64,000 nucleotides of DNA from the human T2T-CHM13v2.0 reference genome, Homo sapiens: assembly GCF_009914755.1 (NCBI RefSeq), contig NC_060939.1; one strand, given 5' to 3'. This document shows positions 1 to 10,775 of this stretch, in pieces. Position 1 is the stretch's first letter. The number at the start of each line of letters is the position of its first letter. Position numbers and translations under genes: made by a program. The notes under the pieces are model-generated. The model did not search any database and had not been told where the DNA came from. It saw nothing but the letters and a program-made list of their open reading frames with translations.

Positions 1-436
1 CCATTCCATTCGATGCCATTCCATTTGATTCTATTCCATTAGTCTCCATTCAATTCCATTAATCTCCATTCCATTCCATTCTACACCAACTGATTCCATT
101 CCATTCTATTCCTTTCCATTCCATTTCATTCCATTCCATTCCATTCCATTCCATTCCATTCGTGTCCATTCCACTCCAGTCCATTCCATTCGTGTCCATT
201 CCGTTCCAGTCCATTCCATTTGTGTCCACTGCATTCCATTCCACTCCATTCCATATTATTCCATTACACTCCATTCCATTCTATTACTTTCATTTCCATT
301 CAATTCCATTCCATTTGATTCCATTCCACTCGGTTTCATTCCATTTGAGTCCACTCCATTCCATTCCATTCCATTCCATTCAGTTCCATTCCATTCTGTT
401 CCATTCCATTCCGTTCCATTACATTCCATTCCATTC

Positions 437-442
437 GGTACC
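437..442. other. Once-per-monomer KpnI site GGTACC (diagnostic landmark)
   Basis: CGGTACCATTCCATAT is seen in each monomer (437, 2240, 4029 ... 53807, 57375) and is mutated to GATACC at 55596. Confidence 0.9.
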
Positions 443-2239
443 ATTCCATATTGTTCCATTCGATTCCATTCGAATCCATTCCATTCCAGTCCATTCCATT
501 CGATTCCATTCCATTCATTTCAATTCCATTCCATTCCATTCCATTACATTCCACTTGATTCCTCTCCATTCCCTTCCACTGCATTCCGTTCGATTCCATT
601 CCATTGCATTGCATTCCATTCCATTGGATTGCATTCCATTCGATTCCATTCCATTCGAATCAATTACATAGCAATCCCTTACATTCGAGTCTATTCTATT
701 CCGTTCCATTCGATTTCGTTCCAATCCATTCGATTCCATTCCATTCGATTCCATTCCATACTATTGCATTCCATTCTATTACATTATATTCGAATAAGTT
801 CCATTCAAGACCATTTCTTTTGAGTCCATTCTATTTGAGTCCATTCCCTTTGATTCCATAACATTTGAGTCCATTCAATTCCATTCCTTTCGTTTCCATT
901 CCATTTGATGCCATTCCATTCAATTCTGTTCTACTCGACTCCAATACATTCAATTCCATTCCATCCGATTCCATTACATTCTTTTCATTTCTTATCCATT
1001 TCAAGCCATTCCACTCCATTCCACTCCACTCGTTTCCTTTCCATTCGAGTCCATTCCTCTCCAGTCCATTCCGTTCAATCCATTCCATTCCAGTCCATTC
1101 CATTCGAGTCCGTTCCATTCCAGTCCATTCCATTCGAGTCAATTCCATTCCATTCGATGTCTTTCCATAACGATCCATTCCATTCTATTCCTTTCGATTC
1201 CATTCCATTCTATTTCATTCCATTCGATTCCCTTCCATTGGACTCCTTTCCATTCGAGTGCATTCCATTCCGTTCCATTTCTTCCCGTTCTGTACGATTC
1301 CTACCGTTCGATTTCATTTTGTTCCAGTCCATTCTTTCGCGTCCATTCCATTCCATTTCACTCCATTCGATTCCATTCCACTCGATTCCACTTCGTTCCA
1401 TTTCATTGCATTCCATTCTATTCAACTCTATTGCCTTCCATTCCATTCCATTCGATTACATTCCATGCGATTCCATTCGAAATCGAATCAATTACATTGC
1501 AATCCATTACTATTGAGTCCGTTTTATTCCAGTCCACTGCATTCTGGTCCATTCCATTTGATTCCATTCCATTCTATTCCATTCCATACAGTTGCATTCA
1601 ATTGGATTCCATTCTATATCTATAAATTCAATTCGAGACCATTGCTTTTGAGTCCATTCTATATGATTCCATTCCATTCAAGTCCATTACATTTGGTTAA
1701 ATTCCATTCCAATAGGGTCAATTCCATTCCATTCCATTCCCTTCCATTCCATTCCAGTTCATATCAATCCATTCGATTCCATTCCATTCGAGCACATTCC
1801 ATTCGAGTCCATTCCATTCGATGCCATTCCATTTGATTCTATTCCATTAGTCTCCATTCAATTCCATTAATCTCCATTCCATTCCATTCTACTCCAACTG
1901 ATTCCATTCCATTCTATTCCTTTCCATTCCATTTCATTCCATTCCATTCCATTCCATTCCATTCCATTCGTGTCCATTCCACTCCAGTCCATTCCATTCG
2001 TATCCATTCCATTCCAGTCCATTCCATTTGTGTCCACTGCATTCCATTCCACTCCATTCCATATTATTCCATTACACTCCATTCCATTCTATTACTTTCA
2101 TTTCCATTCAATTCCATTCCATTTGATTCCATTCCACTCGGTTTCATTCCATTTGAGTCCACTCCATTCCATTCCATTCCATTCAGTTCCATTCCATTCT
2201 GTTCCATTCCATTCCGTTCCATTACATTCCATTCCATTC
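437..2239 (+). repeat. Variant 1803-bp monomer (KpnI to KpnI) with a 20-bp extra segment and a 1-bp deletion
   Basis: KpnI sites at 437 and 2240. Extra AATAGGGTCAATTCCATTCC at ~1711-1730. ATTCTTTCGCG at ~1331 instead of ATTCCTTTCGCG. Confidence 0.9.
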
Positions 2240-4028
2240 GGTACCATTCCATATTGTTCCATTCGATTCCATTCGAATCCATTCCATTCCAGTCCATTCC
2301 ATTCGATTCCATTCCATTCATTTCAATTCCATTCCATTCCATTCCATTACATTCCACTTGATTCCTCTCCATTCCCTTCCACTGCATTCCGTTCGATTCC
2401 ATTCCATTGCATTGCATTCCATTCCATTGGATTGCATTCCATTCGATTCCATTCCATTCGAATCAATTACATAGCAATCCATTACATTCGAGTCTATTCT
2501 ATTCCGTTCCATTCGATTTCGTTCCAATCCATTCGATTCCATTCCATTCGATTCCATTCCATACTATTGCATTCCATTCGATTACATTATATTCGAATAA
2601 GTTCCATTCAAGACCATTTCTTTTGAGTCCATTCTATTTGAGTCCATTCCCTTTGATTCCATAACATTTGAGTCCATTCAATTCCATTCCTTTCGTTTCC
2701 ATTCCATTTGATGCCATTCCATTCAATTCTGTTCTACTCGACTCCAATACATTCAATTCCATTCCATCCGATTCCATTACATTCTTTTCATTTCTTATCC
2801 ATTTCAAGCCATTCCACTCCATTCCATTCCACTCGTTTCCTTTCCATTCGAGTCCATTACTCTCCAGTCCATTCCGTTCAATCCATTGCATTCCAGTCCA
2901 TTCCATTCGAGTCCGTTCCATTCCAGTCCATTCCATTCGAGTCAATTCCATCCCATTCGATGTCTTTCCATAACGATCCATTCCATTCTATTCCTTTCGA
3001 TTCCATTCCATTCTATTTCATTCCATTCGATTCCCTTCCATTGGACTCCTTTCCATTCGAGTGCATTCCATTCCGTTCCATTTCTTTCCGTTCTGTACGA
3101 TTCCTACCGTTCGATTTCATTTTGTTCCAGTCCATTCCTTTCGCGTCCATTCCATTCCATTTCACTCCATTCGATTCCATTCCACTCGATTCCACTTCGT
3201 TCCATTTCATTGCATTCCATTCTATTCAACTCTATTGCCTTCCATTCCATTCCATTCGATTACATTCCATGCGATTCCATTCGAAATCGAATCAATTACA
3301 TTGCAATCCATTACTATTGAGTCCGTTTTATTCCAGTCCACTGCATTCTGGTCCATTCCATTTGATTCCATTCCATTCTATTCCATTCCATACAGTTGCA
3401 TTCCATTGGATTCCATTCTATATCTATAAATTCAATTCGAGACCATTGCTTTTGAGTCCATTCTATATGATTCCATTCCATTCAAGTCCATTACATTTGG
3501 TTCAATTCCATTCCATTCCATTCCTTTCCATTCCATTCCATTTGATATCAATCCATTCGATTCCATTCCATTCGAGCACATTCCATTCGAGTCCATTCCA
3601 TTCGATGCCATTCCATTTGATTCTATTCCATTAGTCTCCATTCAATTCCATTAATCTCCATTCCATTCCATTCTACACCAACTGATTCCATTCCATTCTA
3701 TTCCTTTCCATTCCATTTCATTCCATTCCATTCCATTCCATTCCATTCCATTCGTGTCCATTCCACTCCAGTCCATTCCATTCGTGTCCATTCCGTTCCA
3801 GTCCATTCCATTTGTGTCCACTGCATTCCATTCCACTCCATTCCATATTATTCCATTACACTCCATTCCATTCTATTACTTTCATTTCCATTCAATTCCA
3901 TTCCATTTGATTCCATTCCACTCGGTTTCATTCCATTTGAGTCCACTCCATTCCATTCCATTCCATTCCATTCAGTTCCATTCCATTCTGTTCCATTCCA
4001 TTCCGTTCCATTACATTCCATTCCATTC

Positions 4029-5078
4029 GGTACCATTCCATATTGTTCCATTCGATTCCATTCGAATCCATTCCATTCCAGTCCATTCCATTCGATTCCA
4101 TTCCATTCATTTCAATTCCATTCCATTCCATTCCATTACATTCCACTTGATTCCTCTCCATTCCCTTCCACTGCATTCCGTTCGATTCCATTCCATTGCA
4201 TTGCATTCCATTCCATTGGATTGCATTCCATTCGATTCCATTCCATTCGAATCAATTACATAGCAATCCATTACATTCGAGTCTATTCTATTCCGTTCCA
4301 TTCGATTTCGTTCCAATCCATTCGATTCCATTCCATTCGGTTCCATTCCATACTATTGCATTCCATTCGATTACATTATATTCGAATAAGTTCCATTCAA
4401 GACCATTTCTTTTGAGTCCATTCTATTTGAGTCCATTCCCTTTGATTCCATAACATTTGAGTCCATTCAATTCCATTCCTTTCGTTTCCATTCCATTTGA
4501 TGCCATTCCATTCAATTCTGTTCTACTCGACTCCAATACATTCAATTCCATTCCATCCGATTCCATTACATTCTTTTCATTTCTTATCCATTTCAAGCCA
4601 TTCCACTCCATTCCATTCCACTCGTTTCCTTTCCATTCGAGTCCATTCCATTCGATGCCATTCCATTTGGTTCTATTCCATTAGTCTCCATTCAATTCCA
4701 TTAATCTCCATTCCATTCCATTCTACTCCAACTGATTCCATTCCATTCTATTCCTTTCCATTCCATTTCATTCCATTCCATTCCATTCCATTCCATTCCA
4801 TTCGTGTCCATTCCACTCCAGTCCATTCCATTCGTGTCCATTCCGTTCCAGTCCATTCCATTTGTGTCCACTGCATTCCATTCCACTCCATTCCATATTA
4901 TTCCATTACACTCCATTCCATTCTATTACTTTCATTTCCATTCAATTCCATTCCATTTGATTCCATTCCACTCGGTTTCATTCCATTTGAGTCCACTCCA
5001 TTCCATTCCATTCCATTCCATTCAGTTCCATTCCATTCTGTTCCATTCCATTCCGTTCCATTACATTCCATTCCATTC
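4029..5078 (+). repeat. Internally deleted 1050-bp monomer, copy 1
   Basis: At 4631-4649 the sequence jumps from CTCGTTTCCT-TTCCATTCGAGTCCATTCC directly to ATTCGATGCC, skipping ~739 bp. Confidence 0.93.
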
Positions 5079-8000
5079 GGTACCATTCCATATTGTTCCA
5101 TTCGATTCCATTCGAATCCATTCCATTCCAGTCCATTCCATTCGATTCCATTCCATTCATTTCAATTCCATTCCATTCCATTCCATTACATTCCACTTGA
5201 TTCCTCTCCATTCCCTTCCACTGCATTCCGTTCGATTCCATTCCATTGCATTGCATTCCATTCCATTGGATTGCATTCCATTCGATTCCATTCCATTCGA
5301 ATCAATTACATAGCAATCCATTACATTCGAGTCTATTCTATTCCGTTCCATTCGATTTCGTTCCAATCCATTCGATTCCATTCCATTCGATTCCATTCCA
5401 TACTATTGCATTCCATTCTATTACATTATATTCGAATAAGTTCCATTCAAGACCATTTCTTTTGAGTCCATTCTATTTGAGTCCATTCCCTTTGATTCCA
5501 TAACATTTGAGTCCATTCAATTCCATTCCTTTCGTTTCCATTCCATTTGATGCCATTCCATTCAATTCTGTTCTACTCGACTCCAATACATTCAATTCCA
5601 TTCCATCCGATTCCATTACATTCTTTTCATTTCTTATCCATTTCAAGCCATTCCACTCCATTCCACTCCACTCGTTTCCTTTCCATTCGAGTCCATTCCT
5701 CTCCAGTCCATTCCGTTCAATCCATTCCATTCCAGTCCATTCCATTCGAGTCCGTTCCATTCCAGTCCATTCCATTCGAGTCAATTCCATTCCATTCGAT
5801 GTCTTTCCATAACGATCCATTCCATTCTATTCCTTTCGATTCCATTCCATTCTATTTCATTCCATTCGATTCCCTTCCATTGGACTCCTTTCCATTCGAG
5901 TGCATTCCATTCCGTTCCATTTCTTCCCGTTCTGTACGATTCCTACCGTTCGATTTCATTTTGTTCCAGTCCATTCTTTCGCGTCCATTCCATTCCATTT
6001 CACTCCATTCGATTCCATTCCACTCGATTCCACTTCGTTCCATTTCATTGCATTCCATTCTATTCAACTCTATTGCCTTCCATTCCATTCCATTCGATTA
6101 CATTCCATGCGATTCCATTCGAAATCGAATCAATTACATTGCAATCCATTACTATTGAGTCCGTTTTATTCCAGTCCACTGCATTCTGGTCCATTCCATT
6201 TGATTCCATTCCATTCTATTCCATTCCATACAGTTGCATTCCATTGGATTCCATTCTATATCTATAAATTCAATTCGAGACCATTGTTTTTGAGTCCATT
6301 CTATATGATTCCATTCCATTCAAGTCCATTACATTTGGTAAAATTCCATTCCAATAGGGTCAATTCCATTCCATTCCATTCCCTTCCATTCCATTCCAGT
6401 TCATATCAATCCATTCGATTCCATTCCATTCGAGCACATTCCATTCGAGTCCATTCCATTCGATGCCATTCCATTTGATTCTATTCCATTAGTCTCCATT
6501 CAATTCCATTAATCTCCATTCCATTCCATTCTACTCCAACTGATTCCATTCCATTCTATTCCTTTCCATTCCATTTCATTCCATTCCATTCCATTCCATT
6601 CCATTCCATTCGTGTCCATTCCACTCCAGTCCATTCCATTCGTATCCATTCCATTCCAGTCCATTCCATTTGTGTCCACTGCATTCCATTCCACTCCATT
6701 CCATATTATTCCATTACACTCCATTCCATTCTATTACTTTCATTTCCATTCAATTCCATTCCATTTGATTCCATTCCACTCGGTTTCATTCCATTTGAGT
6801 CCACTCCATTCCATTCCATTCCATTCAGTTCCATTCCATTCTGTTCCATTCCATTCCGTTCCATTACATTCCATTCCATTCGGTACCATTCCATATTGTT
6901 CCATTCGATTCCATTCGAATCCATTCCATTCCAGTCCATTCCATTCGATTCCATTCCATTCATTTCAATTCCATTCCATTCCATTCCATTACATTCCACT
7001 TGATTCCTCTCCATTCCCTTCCACTGCATTCCGTTCGATTCCATTCCATTGCATTGCATTCCATTCCATTGGATTGCATTCCATTCGATTCCATTCCATT
7101 CGAATCAATTACATAGCAATCCATTACATTCGAGTCTATTCTATTCCGTTCCATTCGATTTCGTTCCAATCCATTCGATTCCATTCCATTCGATTCCATT
7201 CCATACTATTGCATTCCATTCGATTACATTATATTCGAATAAGTTCCATTCAAGACCATTTCTTTTGAGTCCATTCTATTTGAGTCCATTCCCTTTGATT
7301 CCATAACATTTGAGTCCATTCAATTCCATTCCTTTCGTTTCCATTCCATTTGATGCCATTCCATTCAATTCTGTTCTACTCGACTCCAATACATTCAATT
7401 CCATTCCATCCGATTCCATTACATTCTTTTCATTTCTTATCCATTTCAAGCCATTCCACTCCATTCCATTCCACTCGTTTCCTTTCCATTCGAGTCCATT
7501 ACTCTCCAGTCCATTCCGTTCAATCCATTGCATTCCAGTCCATTCCATTCGAGTCCGTTCCATTCCAGTCCATTCCATTCGAGTCAATTCCATCCCATTC
7601 GATGTCTTTCCATAACGATCCATTCCATTCTATTCCTTTCGATTCCATTCCATTCTATTTCATTCCATTCGATTCCCTTCCATTGGACTCCTTTCCATTC
7701 GAGTGCATTCCATTCCGTTCCATTTCTTTCCGTTCTGTACGATTCCTACCGTTCGATTTCATTTTGTTCCAGTCCATTCCTTTCGCGTCCATTCCATTCC
7801 ATTTCACTCCATTCGATTCCATTCCACTCGATTCCACTTCGTTCCATTTCATTGCATTCCATTCTATTCAACTCTATTGCCTTCCATTCCATTCCATTCG
7901 ATTACATTCCATGCGATTCCATTCGAAATCGAATCAATTACATTGCAATCCATTACTATTGAGTCCGTTTTATTCCAGTCCACTGCATTCTGGTCCATTC

Positions 8001-8670
8001 CATTTGATTCCATTCCATTCTATTCCATTCCATACAGTTGCATTCCATTGGATTCCATTCTATATCTATAAATTCAATTCGAGACCATTGCTTTTGAGTC
8101 CATTCTATATGATTCCATTCCATTCAAGTCCATTACATTTGGTTCAATTCCATTCCATTCCATTCCTTTCCATTCCATTCCATTTGATATCAATCCATTC
8201 GATTCCATTCCATTCGAGCACATTCCATTCGAGTCCATTCCATTCGATGCCATTCCATTTGATTCTATTCCATTAGTCTCCATTCAATTCCATTAATCTC
8301 CATTCCATTCCATTCTACACCAACTGATTCCATTCCATTCTATTCCTTTCCATTCCATTTCATTCCATTCCATTCCATTCCATTCCATTCCATTCGTGTC
8401 CATTCCACTCCAGTCCATTCCATTCGTGTCCATTCCGTTCCAGTCCATTCCATTTGTGTCCACTGCATTCCATTCCACTCCATTCCATATTATTCCATTA
8501 CACTCCATTCCATTCTATTACTTTCATTTCCATTCAATTCCATTCCATTTGATTCCATTCCACTCGGTTTCATTCCATTTGAGTCCACTCCATTCCATTC
8601 CATTCCATTCCATTCAGTTCCATTCCATTCTGTTCCATTCCATTCCGTTCCATTACATTCCATTCCATTC

Positions 8671-10775
8671 GGTACCATTCCATATTGTTCCATTCGATTC
8701 CATTCGAATCCACTCCATTCCAGTCCATTCCATTCGATTCCATTCCATTCATTTCAATTCCATTCCATTCCATTCCATTACATTCCACTTGATTCCTCTC
8801 CATTCCCTTCCACTGCATTCCGTTCGATTCCATTCCATTGCATTGCATTCCATTCCATTGGATTGCATTCCATTCGATTCCATTCCATTCGAATCAATTA
8901 CATAGCAATCCATTACATTCGAGTCTATTCTATTCCGTTCCATTCGATTTCGTTCCAATCCATTCGATTCCATTCCATTCGGTTCCATTCCATACTATTG
9001 CATTCCATTCGATTACATTATATTCGAATAAGTTCCATTCAAGACCATTTCTTTTGAGTCCATTCTATTTGAGTCCATTCCCTTTGATTCCATAACATTT
9101 GAGTCCATTCAATTCCATTCCTTTCGTTTCCATTCCATTTGATGCCATTCCATTCAATTCTGTTCTACTCGACTCCAATACATTCAATTCCATTCCATCC
9201 GATTCCATTACATTCTTTTCATTTCTTATCCATTTCAAGCCATTCCACTCCATTCCATTCCACTCGTTTCCTTTCCATTCGAGTCCATTCCATTCGATGC
9301 CATTCCATTTGGTTCTATTCCATTAGTCTCCATTCAATTCCATTAATCTCCATTCCATTCCATTCTACTCCAACTGATTCCATTCCATTCTATTCCTTTC
9401 CATTCCATTTCATTCCATTCAATTCCATTCCATTCCATTCCATTCGTGTCCATTCCACTCCAGTCCATTCCATTCGTGTCCATTCCGTTCCAGTCCATTC
9501 CATTTGTGTCCAGTGCATTCCATTCCACTCCATTCCATATTATTCCATTACACTCCATTCCATTCTATTACTTTCATTTCCATTCAATTCCATTCCATTT
9601 GATTCCATTCCACTCGGTTTCATTCCATTTGAGTCCACTCCATTCCATTCCATTCCATTCCATTCAGTTCCATTCCATTCTGTTCCATTCCATTCCGTTC
9701 CATTACATTCCATTCCATTCGGTACCATTCCATATTGTTCCATTCGATTCCATTCGAATCCATTCCATTCCAGTCCATTCCATTCGATTCCATTCCATTC
9801 ATTTCAATTCCATTCCATTCCATTCCATTACATTCCACTTGATTCCTCTCCATTCCCTTCCACTGCATTCCGTTCGATTCCATTCCATTGCATTGCATTC
9901 CATTCCATTGGATTGCATTCCATTCGATTCCATTCCATTCGAATCAATTACATAGCAATCCATTACATTCCAGTCTATTCTATTCCGTTCCATTCGATTT
10001 CGTTCCAATCCATTCGATTCCATTCTATTCGGTTCCATTCCATACTATTGCATTCCATTCGATTACATTATATTCGAATAAGTTCCATTCAAGACCATTT
10101 CTTTTGAGTCCATTCTATTTGAGTCCATTCCCTTTGATTCCATAACATTTGAGTCCATTCAATTCCATTCCTTTCGTTTCCATTCCATTTGATGCCATTC
10201 CATTCAATTCTGTTCTACTCGACTCCAATACATTCAATTCCATTCCATCCGATTCCATTACATTCTTTTCATTTCTTATCCATTTCAAGCCATTCCACTC
10301 CATTCCATTCCACTCGTTTCCTTTCCATTCGAGTCCATTCCATTCGATGCCATTCCATTTGGTTCTATTCCATTAGTCTCCATTCAATTCCATTAATCTC
10401 CATTCCATTCCATTCTACTCCAACTGATTCCATTCCATTCTATTCCTTTCCATTCCATTTCATTCCATTCCATTCCATTTCATTCCATTCCATTCCATTC
10501 CATTCCATTCGCTTCCATTCCATTCGTGTCCATTCCATTCCAGTCCATTCCATTTGTGTCCACTGCATTCCATTCCACTCCATTCCATATTATTCCATTA
10601 CACTCCATTCCATTCTATTACTTTCATTTCCATTCAATTCCATTCCATTTGATTCCATTCCACTCGGTTTCATTCCATTTGAGTCCACTCCATTCCATTC
10701 CATTCCATTCCATTCCATTCAGTTCCATTCCATTCTGTTCCATTCCATTCCGTTCCATTGCATTCCATTCCATTC
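8671..10775 (+). repeat. Two adjacent internally deleted monomers (1050 and 1055 bp between KpnI sites), copies 2 and 3
   Basis: The same junction occurs at 9273-9291 and 10323-10341. KpnI sites at 8671, 9721 and 10776. Confidence 0.92.

Larger units (their letters stand above)
437..9720 (+). repeat. Two tandem copies of a 4642-bp HOR (1803+1789+1050 bp)
   Basis: KpnI sites at 437, 2240, 4029, 5079, 6882, 8671 and 9721. The ORF track repeats with an exact 4642 offset (905/5547, 1258/5900, 1970/6612, 2886/7528, 4497/9139). Confidence 0.93.

Noticed and set aside
787-803. Canonical heat-shock element or stable hairpin at TATTCGAATAAGTTCC
   Set aside because: The TTC/GAA spacing does not fit alternating nGAAn units, and the palindrome is only 10 bp with no loop.
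1621-1626. TATAAA as a bona fide promoter
   Set aside because: It is a short motif in AT-rich satellite with no downstream gene, and it is paralogous to the non-TATA sequence GAATAAG at ~792. Kept only as a low-interest hypothesis.
1714-1720. AGGGTCA nuclear-receptor half-site in the 20-bp insert
   Set aside because: It is a single half-site present in two copies with no partner site, and is plausibly chance.
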